Shown here: piece by piece, positions 27,501 to 37,718 of the stretch
Layout of the letters: each line of letters begins with the position of its first letter
How positions within the stretch are numbered: position 1 is the stretch's first letter
From: a virus
Taxonomy: Duplodnaviria > Caudoviricetes
Reading direction: 5' to 3' (one strand)
IMG/VR virus record: IMGVR_UViG_3300012953_000069
Span: 1-40,530 of that record
Length of the DNA stretch: 40,530 bases
The notes under the pieces: generated by a model
Databases searched by the model: none
Told to the model about the DNA's origin: nothing
Seen by the model: only the letters and a program-made list of their open reading frames with translations
Program-made: the position numbers and the translations under genes

Positions 27501-28302
27501 TTCATCTAAAACACCTCTGAGACCAATTTCTTGGTCTAAACAAAGGAATGATAAATTTATTGATGGTGTAGTAGTAAGTAAGGCAAGAGATTTATATGTT
27601 GGTCAGGTTTATCCTGCTGCACGTATAATTCAAGACATCGCTAAAAATGATACTACGTTCCACACAGACGCAGGTATTATTGGATTTAGAAGAACTGAAG
27701 AACCAGATGCCAGTAATCTAACATTGAAAATTATTGATACTGATAAAGACAATACAGGATTTGGAAGCACGGGATTCAACTATCCTAAGACAGTTATTAC
27801 TGGTGCAAGTTGTACTGGTGATGATGGTATTCTCACTGGAGTAGGTGTTCAAGGTGCTTATATAACCTTTGAATTCCATATACCATTGAACTCTCCACAT
27901 AGAGTAACTGAATATGGTGGCAAGACAACTAGTACTATTGTTGCTAATGATTACTTTATAATTTCAAATTCCAATGTTGGAACTGGAGTAGCAGCACGTA
28001 ATGCTGCTAATACTGCTGCTGTTGGTGTTGGTACTGAGTTCTGTGATGGTGTTTACCAAGCATACTCAGTTACTGGTATTGGTCAAACTGTCCGTGTCAA
28101 GACCCGTTACACAGGTTCTCATGGAATTACAGTTGGACTTAATTCTGGTCAAGGTAATAACTATGGTAACTATAGTTGGACTAAATGGACATGCTCTGCT
28201 ATTGGTGCAGCGTATACATGCAACACCTCAAATGGATTAACTGGGTTGTCAACTGCACCTCAAATTCAGAGGTCTACTAAATTATCTTTAGATTACACAT
28301 AA
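24598..28302 (+). CDS. large virion/baseplate structural protein (1234 aa), probably corresponding to the C-terminal part of cyanophage gp7
   Basis: Lies between the gp7-like gene and gp8. Has the same repeat modules (NHYFRTGE..VY; LDDISSDF, LDDFSDDFDG; LQEPG..Y...FTEPP) and is Gly/Thr-rich. Confidence 0.7.
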   Translation: MFKLASVNKQFGKATETFQQSFNLTHRGIPVFAKTFDASDSAVVDLSEDQFVMNNHYFRTGEPIVYDATNGTAVGIQHGVNGVGAATTLPIQLYAIEVTEDKFQVAISAANAANNLPIGLTTVGIGTTHRFLSEKQNTKCLIAIDNVIQSPIYNIPTTVTTCQNNIIGTKILFADAGNFSRYDLIKVNDEIMRIQIIGIDGVPNKVLVDRAWMGTNQFAHQIGDSIHLLGGDYNIISDRIFFSDVPYGGNREEIGISSETIDVSLNSFNLLSDSLESGTKVKLRTLDPPRPLEENQEYFIIKNSANNFSFADDRGKALSGDAIDLITAGIGTHKIVLSDATDGSSFQGRVFTRSDYHDNVILDDISSDFTGIGKTFTIKSSGVNTTGLSTDFGPILINNVFQRPGIDYNLDGDAATGITTITFTGNENSDQAETYSTSDVNSNNLPRKGIITRIDEWEKGYGYQPRVVGVGTATINSSGVISSIGMGFTGSGYRNNNETIYKFKVLGGDATTGAAGTFTTEVGHIKTIDITDSGSGYYYKSVSNAIHDINSGIMTVTTSANHNLAVGDRVVLRGINMSDGSSTYSFPFPDEVGYQGARVVEIVPSVRKFSVNVGVHTVATTYGSGGVINKPTDVQFDSPIGYDDVALVSALTGIGASVALDANQLTQMKGFELTNVGYGYSEGENLTISGINTDPTLIEKGFIDVASGDEYKIYHAEYNANVGILTAAIGIHTLTVGMGVSLKNECIGFTCSQDTYSTLHKYPRSTDPVSGISTAIVGVGTTTVSIDVGMPPVNQRNDYKFAGAAFLATSFKVKFTMDDEFSGWVLGKLQILDDFSDDFDGARTVFTLTEDGAAISFEKDIGIPVIIQNSLLIFLDDVLQEPGKAYTYSGGTQIAFTEPPKEGAKLQILFYKGTDSDVGTLTAVPSLKTGDIIQVDSDPEEGQDERIVREIVSRDTIQTTLYRGAGISSSKTPLRPISWSKQRNDKFIDGVVVSKARDLYVGQVYPAARIIQDIAKNDTTFHTDAGIIGFRRTEEPDASNLTLKIIDTDKDNTGFGSTGFNYPKTVITGASCTGDDGILTGVGVQGAYITFEFHIPLNSPHRVTEYGGKTTSTIVANDYFIISNSNVGTGVAARNAANTAAVGVGTEFCDGVYQAYSVTGIGQTVRVKTRYTGSHGITVGLNSGQGNNYGNYSWTKWTCSAIGAAYTCNTSNGLTGLSTAPQIQRSTKLSLDYT

Positions 28303-28305
28303 ATA
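28299..28305 (+). promoter_or_regulatory. late promoter motif (ATAAATA)
   Basis: Overlaps the stop codon, upstream of gp8. Confidence 0.6.
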
Positions 28306-28324
28306 AACAAAAAGTTTCAAAATA

Positions 28325-29863
28325 ATGCCAGCCGTCATCACGGATCAAATTAGAGTACTGAATGCGTCAAATTTCGTAAGTGGAATTTCGACGACTGATA
28401 ACAGTTATTATGTCTTCATAGGACTTCCTAATGCAACAGAAGTTGCAACGGATTGGAATACAAATACTCCATCACCAGTGGATAATTTTGATCAGTATGA
28501 TGACATCTATGATACTCTCATTTCTGCCAAAAAAGTTACATCTAATGATGTTCTAAGAGTTATAAACAAAACTTCTTGGACAAGTGGTACGATATATGAA
28601 ATGTATCGTCATGATTATAGTATCAATAAATTGAGTCCTCAGACCAGTTCTAGTAATCTATACAGCTCAAATTACTATGTAATGAATGAGGATTATAGAG
28701 TTTATAGTTGCATATACAACGGTGCTGCTCCATCAAACAATGGAAAAGGAATTGTTTCTTTGCAACAACCAACTCATACCGACCTTCAACCCAGACTTGA
28801 AAGTGATGGTTATATTTGGAAGTATCTTTATACTATAAAACCTTCAGAGATTCTCAAGTTTGACAGTGCTAACTTCATGCCTGTGCCAACAGATTGGGAA
28901 AATAATACTGATGTAGTTGATGTAAGAAATGCTGCTGTTGATGGTAAGATTGAAGTTATAACGATTGAAGATGTAACTAGTGCTGCATATCAATTCAATG
29001 GTACAAAAAATAATGTTCCTATTAGAGGAGATGGAGATGGTGGTTTAGCATCTGTTACTTTCTTGAATGGTAAGCCATCTGCAGTTCAGGTAACTAATGG
29101 TGGATCGGGGTATTCTTTTGCAACTTTAGATTTAGATTCTGTTGTTACTGGTGCAGGTGCTTCTTTCTCAGTAATCATTCCACCTCCAGGTGGACATGGT
29201 GGTGATGTTTATAAAGAACTTGGATCAAATAAGGTTCTTGTTTATTCTAGAATTGAAAATGCTGACGTAACAAACCCAGACTTCCCAACAGGAAATCAGT
29301 TTGCACGTATAGGTATTCTAAAAAATCCACTAGAGAATGGTAGTACTAATTTACTAACAGCGTCTTCGGTTGTTAATTTACCTGCTATAAAAGTAGATGG
29401 TGCTGCTGCATCATCTTTGATACCATCACTTGATGGACAAATAACTCAAACTGTTGGTGTTGGATCAACTGCTATTGGTAAAATTGTATCTTACGATAGT
29501 ACAACACAAGTGTTGAGATATTGGCAAGATAGAAGTCTTGCTAAAGATAATTCTGCTGGTACTAAACCTACTTATGGTTACAGTCTAAATAAGTTCAATA
29601 ACACTCCTGGATCTGGGGGTTCTACAAGTCTCATTGTAGCAACTACTTCAGGAACAGAAACGTTGACTATTGATACAGGATTTGTTGGAGTATCAACAAT
29701 AGTAAATTCTAAGACATATTATTTTGGACAATCATTTACTAATGGTCTTGCTGAACCAGAGATCAAAAAACACTCTGGTGACATTATATACATTGATAAC
29801 AGACCTGAAGTTATGAGAGCCACAAACCAACGAGAAGACATCAAAATCGTATTAGAGTTCTGA
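28325..29863 (+). CDS. gp8: baseplate wedge subunit gp8
   Basis: MPAVITDQIRVLNA.NF, YYVFIG, W.SGT.YEMYRHDY, DGYIWKYLYTI and SGDIIYIDNR...Q.EDIKIVLEF. Confidence 0.93.
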   Translation: MPAVITDQIRVLNASNFVSGISTTDNSYYVFIGLPNATEVATDWNTNTPSPVDNFDQYDDIYDTLISAKKVTSNDVLRVINKTSWTSGTIYEMYRHDYSINKLSPQTSSSNLYSSNYYVMNEDYRVYSCIYNGAAPSNNGKGIVSLQQPTHTDLQPRLESDGYIWKYLYTIKPSEILKFDSANFMPVPTDWENNTDVVDVRNAAVDGKIEVITIEDVTSAAYQFNGTKNNVPIRGDGDGGLASVTFLNGKPSAVQVTNGGSGYSFATLDLDSVVTGAGASFSVIIPPPGGHGGDVYKELGSNKVLVYSRIENADVTNPDFPTGNQFARIGILKNPLENGSTNLLTASSVVNLPAIKVDGAAASSLIPSLDGQITQTVGVGSTAIGKIVSYDSTTQVLRYWQDRSLAKDNSAGTKPTYGYSLNKFNNTPGSGGSTSLIVATTSGTETLTIDTGFVGVSTIVNSKTYYFGQSFTNGLAEPEIKKHSGDIIYIDNRPEVMRATNQREDIKIVLEF

Positions 29864-29867
29864 CCCA

Positions 29868-32800
29868 ATGCCACAAAATACCAATCTAAATGCGAGTCCA
29901 TACTTTGATGACTTTGAAGCATCGAAGAACTTTAATAGAGTATTATTCAAACCTGGTACTCCAGTACAGGCAAGAGAATTAACAACCTTACAATCGATTT
30001 TACAAAATCAGGTTGAAAAGTTTGGTCGTCATATGTTCAAAGAAGGATCCGTGGTTATTCCTGGATCTGTTCATTATGATAACGAATATACTTGTGTTAA
30101 AGTTGAGTCTACATTTTTTGGTATACCTGTAGAATTATATTTCCATGCTTTACAAAATCTGAGGATAAAAGGAAAGACTTCTGGTGTTATTGCTACAGTA
30201 AAGAAACTTCTTCCAGCATCACAATCGATTACAAATCACACTACATTATACATTAAGTATGAAAGGAGTGGTGATGATGGTAAGACTGCAAAATTCTTAG
30301 ATGGTGAAACTCTTATTTCATTATCTACTTTCGTTCTTGGTGCTACCACTATTACATCAGGTTCTGATTTTGCTAACTGTATTACTAGTGGTGCAACTGC
30401 TATTGGATCAGCATTTACAGTAACTAAAGGTGTTTTCTTTGCTCGTGGTGCATTTGTTGATGTCCAACAAGAAACAATTATATTAGATCAGTATGATAAT
30501 AAACCATCATATAGAGTAGGATTCCTTGTAAAGGAAGAGATTGTTACTGCTGTCGATGATGATAGTTTATATGATAATGCTGCTGGTTTTTCTAACTATA
30601 CTGCTCCTGGTGCAGATAGACTAAAAATTAGTTTAGTACTTACTAAAAAACTACCTCAAGATTTCAATGATGAGAATTTTATTGAGTTGTTTAGATCTAA
30701 AGTAGGTAAAAAAGAACAGATTGTAGAAAAAACATTATATAATGAATTAGCAAAGGAACTTGCTAGAAGAACACATGATGAAAGTGGAGATTACTATGTC
30801 AATAGATTTAGTCTAACTCCTACAGAATGCCTAAACGATAGGTATAGTATTTTTGGAACTTATTTTGCAGAAGAAAAAACATATAAAGGTAATGTACCAT
30901 CAAAAGATTTATTGAATCTTAGGATTGGTCCTGGTAAAGCATATGTAAAAGGATTTGAGTGTGAAGTAGTTGGATCTAGAATTATTGATATAGAAAAACC
31001 AAGAACAACACAACTTGTCAAGAGCAATGCCATACCTTTCCAAGCAGGAAATATATTAAGAGTAAACAATACTCTAAACGGTGCTCAAGTAAAATTAGCT
31101 GCTTCTAATTCTGACTATGTTGATTTACGTGATGCAAGATTAGGTTCAACTAAATCTAATGCTGCTGGTAATAGTATTGGTAAAGCAAGAATATATGATT
31201 ATAAACTTCAAAATGCTGCATATTCTGGAGACACTAGTGTATTTGAAGCGTCATTATTTGATATACAGACTGATGGAAAGATAGGTATCAACCAAGGTCT
31301 TACAATCACCACACCTGTTTACATTCAAGGTATGCAGTCTGGAGCAAGTGCTTTCTTGAAGACAGGTGGATCTAGTCTATTTGAGTTGGAACTACATCAA
31401 GTTACAGGTACTTTTATAGTGAATGAAACCATTGCAATCAATGGTATTCATGAATCATGGAAGGGAATGGGTTGTAGAATCGTAACTAGTGTTACTAATT
31501 ACGATCTTTCAGATGTAAAATCAATTAGATCTACTGCTGCAAGTAGAACATTTGCTGCTGACGTAATTCTAGAATCAAAGCATAACTTTGGTGCTGGTGG
31601 AGTAAATATTTCTGTTGGTTCAGGTTCACCTGGAATTTCTACTGTAACTTCTGCTATTGGCGGATTTTATTCGAGATTCAAGGTAGGTGATATAGTTAGA
31701 TATCAATTATCTGGTATCTCTGATCCAGTTTATAATGTAGTATCTGTAGTTGGTACTTCTAGTCTAACATTATCTGCTGCACCTGATGATGTCAGTGGTG
31801 TATGTGATAAAGATCTTCCAACATCCTCTGTTACAGTAAGTGGAGTTGAAATAGTTGCATGTAATCTAAGAGGATCTTCTAGTGGATTCCTCTATGCACA
31901 ACTACCACATAGTAATGTAGAGTCTATAGACCTTACAGATTCTGTTATAAAGATTAGAAAGGAAGATACTGGTCAAGCTACAGATGGTAGTGGTCAGATG
32001 GATTTACCGTCTTTGACAGGAACGGATTATATTTACGATCCTTTTGATGAGGAAAGATATAGTGTATTCTATTCTGACGGAACAATTGAAACACTAACAA
32101 GTGATCAGTTTGCACTTACTAATGGTGGTAAAGGTGTTACATTATCAGGTCTTACTGCATCTCAGAGTAATGTTGTAGTACATTCAACTCAACAAAAGGA
32201 TAAAGTCAAGTCTAAGCAAAAGACAGTTGTTAGATCTCAATCAGTTACTATTGTTGGATCTGATAGAGAATGGTCTGGTATTACAACTTCAATTGAAGAT
32301 GGTTTAGATCCAAGTGATATCTGGGGTAAGAGAGTTCAGGATATGACTTTATCACTGGATTATCCAGATATTCTCGAAGTCCATGCTGTATATGAAGCTG
32401 CAGGTAATGGAGCACCAACTATTCCAGCACTAACATTAGCATCATTTACTGGTCCTAGTGGAAATAACTCAGATATTATTCTAGGTGAAGTTGGTATTGG
32501 TAAGAGTACAGGTGCATCTGCAGTAGTTCTTGCAAGAAATGGTACAACTAAAGTTGATGTTTGCTTCAAAAATACTAATAGATTCAAAGAAACTGAAAAA
32601 GTTATATTCCAAGAATCTGGTGTTGAGGCTTCTCTAACTCAAATTACAGCTGGTGATAAAAACATTAGAAACAACTTTATAGTTGATTCTGGACAAAGAG
32701 CAGAATACTATGACTTTGGACGTATTGTTAGGAAGCAAGGATTCCCTGCACCACAAGGACAACTTAAGATATTCTTTGATTATTACACTATAAATTCTGA

Positions 32801-35800
32801 AGATTCTGGTGATGTATGTACGGCAAATAGTTATAGTAAAGATCGTTATGATAAGGTTGCTAGTTATAATAATGTAAGAAATACTGATGTTATTGACCTA
32901 AGACCAAGAGTAGCTCCATTTGTTGATTCTGGAACTAGATCACCATTTGAATTTGATTCAAGAGACTTTAGTGGTGGTGGACAAGCAGTACCTAATGTTC
33001 TTGTATCTGATGAAAATATAGTATTCGATTACAATTTCTATCTTGGTAGAACTGATAGATTATACTTGAATCCAAATAGTACGTTTACTGTAAAGAAAGG
33101 TACTCCTGCTATACATCCAGTACAACCAGAATCTATCCCCGATTCATTTGAATTAGCACTAATAGAATATAAACCATATGTTTACAATGTTAGAACAGAT
33201 GTAAAACTTACTTTCAGGTCTAACAAACGTTATACTATGAAAGATATTGGTGATCTTGAGACTCGTATTGAAAATATTGAGGAGATCACTGCACTATCTT
33301 TATTAGAGAATGCCACACAAAGTTTGGTTATTACTGATCCTGATACGGGACTTGATAGATTCAAGAATGGGTTTGTTGTAGATCCTTTCAACGACTACAA
33401 TGTTGCTGATAGGTCATTACCTTCTTTGAAATTTGAAGTTACTGGTGGAGAATTAGTACCAGTAAAACATTTTGATTCTATTGATCTTTTAGTTGGATCT
33501 AATGAACTTATAGGATTGAGTCAAGATCCAGATCCTACAATTGATGCAAGATATGTTCAAGATTTAGGTTCAACTAATATTAGAAGAACTGGTAATTTAT
33601 TGACATTGAATTATGATCTTATTGGTTATCAAGATCAAATTCTTGCAAGTAGAGTTGAGAATGTCAACCCATACATGTACCGTAGTTGGCAGGGTAATCT
33701 AACCCTAAACCCATCTAGTGACATATATGTTGATAGAGTATCAGTTGTAGAGGATGGTGGTCTTGGTTATGTAAATGATGTTATTTTTGATACAGATTTG
33801 CTTCCAAATATGAGGGAGCAAAATATTGAATTTGTCGGAACAAGATTAAAACCAATTACAGAACATCATGTCACATTCCAAGGAATTGACATGATTGATA
33901 ATAGAAATTTTGTTATACCAAAACTTTTGGAAGTAACTCCTATTCAAGGTTCCTTCCAAGTAGGTGAGACTATACGTGGAACAGTTTCTAGTAATCAGAC
34001 TGCTTCTCAGGCAACAGAATTTAGAGTTAGATTAGCAAATCCAAACCACAAAGGTGGTCCTTATAATGCACCTACAGTATTTGTAAACACAAACCCATAC
34101 GAACCTACAGTTGGGTTCTCTTCATCATACTCAGAAACATCAACAGTTCTGAATATTGATACCTCATCTCTAAATCAAAAATCAGACGGTTCCTTCTTTG
34201 GTAAAGCTGATATTGGAATGAGATTGGTTGGAGAAACTAGTGGTGCTGAAGCAGAAATCAATAACCTTAGAATAGTTAGTGATGACTTAGGAGCAGCACT
34301 TGGTTCTTTGTATATTCCAGGTGAAGCGTTTGAAAATGGAGAAAGCACAGCAATACTTACTAGTTTACGTCCACAAGAACAATTGCCAGGTATAAACTTT
34401 AGTCGTGCTGCTGCTAATTTCTTCTCAGAAGGTGGACAAATAACAGAAACAACTCTAACTAGAACTGAACCTGCACCTCCTCCACCAGAAATCATTTATG
34501 AGGAAGTTATTCGTGAGGTTGAGGTTGATGTTGTTAGGGATGTTCACCACCATCATACTAACACGGTATATGAAACTGTTGTTGAAGTAGTAACTGAACC
34601 ATATGCAGTTCCAGGAGATACTGTATACGTTGAAGTACCTGTACCTGTACCCGTTATTCAATATGTTGATAGGGTTGAATATGTTGAAGTTGTAAGAGAA
34701 GTTGAAGTTATAAGAGAAGTTATTGTTGAAGTTGAGGTTGATCCTCTAGCACAGAGTTTCTTTGTTGAAGAAGAACCTGGTGTATTCATAGGTGCTGTTG
34801 ATTTATTCTTCCTGTCTAGATCAGAAACAATTCCTCTCTCAGTAAGAATTGTAACTATGGAGAATGGTTATCCAACAAGAACCATAATTGGGGGTGCTAT
34901 TGCCACAGTCGATCCTCAAGATGTAAATGTCTCAGATAATGCTTCTATAGCAACAAGGGTTTACTTCCCTAATCCAGTATACCTACCTGGTAGATCAACA
35001 GGAGCAGAGTATGCGATAGTTGTTGCTTCAGATACTGATGAGTACAATCAATGGATTGCACAAGTTGGAGAAGCCGATATTACAACATTAAATGAATCAG
35101 AGTTGGGTAAAGTTATTATTGCCAAACAACCTAATCTTGGTTCATTGTATAAGGCACAAAACGCTGCTACTTGGACACCATCTCAGATGGAAGATATGAA
35201 GTATACATTATACAGATGTAACTTTACAACTGAATCTGGAACACTCAAGATGTTTAGTCCAAGACTAACTGAATGGGGTGCTAGAAACCAATTACCTGAT
35301 AATCCAATTGAAACTTTTGCTAAGACTACATTAGTTGGTATTGGATCTGCTATTGAAAAAATGTCCACCAATCTAACGATTGGGCAACAGGTATTACAGA
35401 ACAATACAACTGCTTTTGGATACGTTGCTGAGAGATTATCTCACATCGGACAAAGTGATACTGCTATAAGGTTAACTAATGCTGGTACTGGATATGAAGA
35501 TGGTACTTATAATGATGTTGCCTTTATAAGACGCACAGGTAGAGGATCAGGTGGTGCTGGTATTGCAACAGTGTCTGGTGGTGTAGTTACAGCAATGACT
35601 ATCAAACCAGGTTCAGAAGGAGTTGCATATGCTCAAGGTGATACTTTTACAGTTGCTATCGGAACTAAAGGTCTTGGTAGAGACTTCATAGGAAGTGTCG
35701 GTCTTACTACTGGAATTAATGCATTCTTACTGACAGGTGTCGGTGGTGCAGACTTCAATACTTCTGATGAAATACAAGTATATAATGGTAGTCTTGGATA

Positions 35801-37166
35801 TGGAGTAACTGTCACAAACATTGTTCCATCTACAGTTACTGTCAATACTGATCAGCGTTCTGGTAAAATATTTAAGGTAACTCATCCTATGCACTCCAAT
35901 CACTCTGCATTGAATAGAGTGAAGATTGCTGGTGTAACAGGAGATTCTTTACCTACTAGATTGACTGTTGGTTACGCTGCTAGTTCTACAGGTAATATAA
36001 GTGTTGCAAGTAGTACTGGATTCAATATGTTTGAGGGTTCTCAGGTATCGGCAAGCAATCCTGGATATGCACTTTTAGGTGATGAGTTGATTTCATATAC
36101 TGGTATTGGTAATAATAGCATTACTAATATTACTGGTCGTGGACTTGACAGTACATTTGCTAGAACTTATGAGATTGATGCTCCAATACAAAAGGCAGAA
36201 CTATCAGGAGTTTCATTACGTAAGATTAATAGAGAGCATATTCTTCAAGAGGTTACAAATAGTTTTGATGATAAGATAACATTTGATCATTATCATTGCC
36301 AGATTCCTGGTGATATCAATTTCAGTGTTGATCAAAGTGGTGGTGGAGACAGAGGTAGAGCAACATCAAACATTCAGTTTGATCAACTTACACCTGCAAT
36401 TTCATTCACATCATGTGATGGAACTTCTCTTACGGCAAGAGCAAGAACAACTTCTGCTACAAGTATAAGTGGTTCTGAGACATCATTTGAGGATAAAGGA
36501 TTCCAAGATGTTTCTTTGACTAACACAACCGAGTTTACTGATCCTAGAATGATTGCTTCTTATGAAAATGAGCAAGCAAATACACAACTTCTAGAATTAC
36601 CAGGATCTAAGTCATTCACGATGGATCTTACAATGTCTACAACAGATCAATATGTATCACCTGTTGTAGATGCATTTAGAAGTTCTATATCAGTATCACA
36701 GAATAAGTTGAACGCACCTGTCTCAAATTACATTACTAATAGATTATCTAATACTTATCAAGAAGATCCTCATGAATTATCTTATGTAACGAAGATTATT
36801 CCATTAGAAAATGCTGCAACATCACTAAAAGTTTTTGTTGCTGCGTACAGACCTTCAACATCAGATATTAGATGTTTCTATAGATTGGTAAGGGCAGATG
36901 GTGCTAGTGAAGTAGACAGAGTATTTGAGAACTTCCCAGGCTATGCTAATTTAGATGCTGGTGGATTTATGGTTGATCCTAAGAATAATGACTCTACTCC
37001 TAACGCAAATGTTGCTGTTAGTCTTGAGGATCAGTTCCTTGAGTATGAGTGGTCTGCAGACAACTTACCTCCGTTTACTGGATTCCAAATCAAGATAAAC
37101 ATTGGCTCTACTAATCAAGCACAAGAACCTCGTTTATTAGACTTTAGAGCAGTGGCGGTGACCTAA
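29868..37166 (+). CDS. VrlC/DUF4815-like large virion structural protein (2432 aa)
   Basis: MPQNTNLN.SPYFDDF, VLFKPG.PVQARELTTLQSILQNQ, APGADRLKI, RYTMKDIG.LE.RI, DRFKNGF.VD.F and DPLAQSF. Positioned after gp8. Confidence 0.88.
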   Translation: MPQNTNLNASPYFDDFEASKNFNRVLFKPGTPVQARELTTLQSILQNQVEKFGRHMFKEGSVVIPGSVHYDNEYTCVKVESTFFGIPVELYFHALQNLRIKGKTSGVIATVKKLLPASQSITNHTTLYIKYERSGDDGKTAKFLDGETLISLSTFVLGATTITSGSDFANCITSGATAIGSAFTVTKGVFFARGAFVDVQQETIILDQYDNKPSYRVGFLVKEEIVTAVDDDSLYDNAAGFSNYTAPGADRLKISLVLTKKLPQDFNDENFIELFRSKVGKKEQIVEKTLYNELAKELARRTHDESGDYYVNRFSLTPTECLNDRYSIFGTYFAEEKTYKGNVPSKDLLNLRIGPGKAYVKGFECEVVGSRIIDIEKPRTTQLVKSNAIPFQAGNILRVNNTLNGAQVKLAASNSDYVDLRDARLGSTKSNAAGNSIGKARIYDYKLQNAAYSGDTSVFEASLFDIQTDGKIGINQGLTITTPVYIQGMQSGASAFLKTGGSSLFELELHQVTGTFIVNETIAINGIHESWKGMGCRIVTSVTNYDLSDVKSIRSTAASRTFAADVILESKHNFGAGGVNISVGSGSPGISTVTSAIGGFYSRFKVGDIVRYQLSGISDPVYNVVSVVGTSSLTLSAAPDDVSGVCDKDLPTSSVTVSGVEIVACNLRGSSSGFLYAQLPHSNVESIDLTDSVIKIRKEDTGQATDGSGQMDLPSLTGTDYIYDPFDEERYSVFYSDGTIETLTSDQFALTNGGKGVTLSGLTASQSNVVVHSTQQKDKVKSKQKTVVRSQSVTIVGSDREWSGITTSIEDGLDPSDIWGKRVQDMTLSLDYPDILEVHAVYEAAGNGAPTIPALTLASFTGPSGNNSDIILGEVGIGKSTGASAVVLARNGTTKVDVCFKNTNRFKETEKVIFQESGVEASLTQITAGDKNIRNNFIVDSGQRAEYYDFGRIVRKQGFPAPQGQLKIFFDYYTINSEDSGDVCTANSYSKDRYDKVASYNNVRNTDVIDLRPRVAPFVDSGTRSPFEFDSRDFSGGGQAVPNVLVSDENIVFDYNFYLGRTDRLYLNPNSTFTVKKGTPAIHPVQPESIPDSFELALIEYKPYVYNVRTDVKLTFRSNKRYTMKDIGDLETRIENIEEITALSLLENATQSLVITDPDTGLDRFKNGFVVDPFNDYNVADRSLPSLKFEVTGGELVPVKHFDSIDLLVGSNELIGLSQDPDPTIDARYVQDLGSTNIRRTGNLLTLNYDLIGYQDQILASRVENVNPYMYRSWQGNLTLNPSSDIYVDRVSVVEDGGLGYVNDVIFDTDLLPNMREQNIEFVGTRLKPITEHHVTFQGIDMIDNRNFVIPKLLEVTPIQGSFQVGETIRGTVSSNQTASQATEFRVRLANPNHKGGPYNAPTVFVNTNPYEPTVGFSSSYSETSTVLNIDTSSLNQKSDGSFFGKADIGMRLVGETSGAEAEINNLRIVSDDLGAALGSLYIPGEAFENGESTAILTSLRPQEQLPGINFSRAAANFFSEGGQITETTLTRTEPAPPPPEIIYEEVIREVEVDVVRDVHHHHTNTVYETVVEVVTEPYAVPGDTVYVEVPVPVPVIQYVDRVEYVEVVREVEVIREVIVEVEVDPLAQSFFVEEEPGVFIGAVDLFFLSRSETIPLSVRIVTMENGYPTRTIIGGAIATVDPQDVNVSDNASIATRVYFPNPVYLPGRSTGAEYAIVVASDTDEYNQWIAQVGEADITTLNESELGKVIIAKQPNLGSLYKAQNAATWTPSQMEDMKYTLYRCNFTTESGTLKMFSPRLTEWGARNQLPDNPIETFAKTTLVGIGSAIEKMSTNLTIGQQVLQNNTTAFGYVAERLSHIGQSDTAIRLTNAGTGYEDGTYNDVAFIRRTGRGSGGAGIATVSGGVVTAMTIKPGSEGVAYAQGDTFTVAIGTKGLGRDFIGSVGLTTGINAFLLTGVGGADFNTSDEIQVYNGSLGYGVTVTNIVPSTVTVNTDQRSGKIFKVTHPMHSNHSALNRVKIAGVTGDSLPTRLTVGYAASSTGNISVASSTGFNMFEGSQVSASNPGYALLGDELISYTGIGNNSITNITGRGLDSTFARTYEIDAPIQKAELSGVSLRKINREHILQEVTNSFDDKITFDHYHCQIPGDINFSVDQSGGGDRGRATSNIQFDQLTPAISFTSCDGTSLTARARTTSATSISGSETSFEDKGFQDVSLTNTTEFTDPRMIASYENEQANTQLLELPGSKSFTMDLTMSTTDQYVSPVVDAFRSSISVSQNKLNAPVSNYITNRLSNTYQEDPHELSYVTKIIPLENAATSLKVFVAAYRPSTSDIRCFYRLVRADGASEVDRVFENFPGYANLDAGGFMVDPKNNDSTPNANVAVSLEDQFLEYEWSADNLPPFTGFQIKINIGSTNQAQEPRLLDFRAVAVT

Positions 37167-37360
37167 TGGATAGAATAAAGGTACAAAACTTCAAAGGTCT
37201 CGAAAGAGATAAGAAGACTGGTGCAATCTTAAATACTGATAAGACTGCATATGATCGTTATGTTAGAGAAAAAAATCATAGACTAATTCAAAAAGATGAA
37301 TTAGATACTATGAAGAAAGAGATTGAAATTTTGAAGGAATTATTATTAAAGAATAAATAG
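37166..37360 (+). CDS. small conserved phage protein (64 aa) with C-terminal coiled coil
   Basis: L.RD..TGAILNTD..AY..Y motif; TAATG overlap with the upstream gene. Confidence 0.75.
   Translation: MDRIKVQNFKGLERDKKTGAILNTDKTAYDRYVREKNHRLIQKDELDTMKKEIEILKELLLKNK
37353..37359 (+). promoter_or_regulatory. late promoter motif (ATAAATA)
   Basis: Lies at a gene junction about 20 nt upstream of the ATG at 37379. A second CTAAATA sits at 37371-37377. Confidence 0.55.
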
Positions 37361-37378
37361 AAATACTGATCTAAATAT

Positions 37379-37717
37379 ATGGCAGTTCCCTCAGTAAATA
37401 TACAAATAGAAGCAGGTACTGACTTTTCTTCTACCTTTGATTTGAAGAAGAGGGATAACACAGCCCTAGATTTAACATCATATGATTTCTCCTGTAAGAT
37501 GAGGAAATGGGCAGGTGCTCCTGGTTCCGTTTCTTTTGCCACTACTTATGGCGGTCAACCTTCAAAAGGTAATCTAACAATATCTCTGAGTGATACTCAG
37601 ACTGGTATTATTACTTCAGGAAGATATGAGTATGATGTTCTTATTATAAATCGTAACAGTAATATCAGAACTAAAGTTATTACTGGGCAGGTGATAGTAA
37701 ACCCAACGGCATCATGA
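37379..37717 (+). CDS. small virion structural protein (Ig-like/adaptor-like)
   Basis: NIQIEAGTDFS..F, LDLT.Y, G...ISL...QT and GRYEYDVLI pattern typical of phage tail-associated proteins. Confidence 0.7.
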   Translation: MAVPSVNIQIEAGTDFSSTFDLKKRDNTALDLTSYDFSCKMRKWAGAPGSVSFATTYGGQPSKGNLTISLSDTQTGIITSGRYEYDVLIINRNSNIRTKVITGQVIVNPTAS

Positions 37718-37718
37718 T

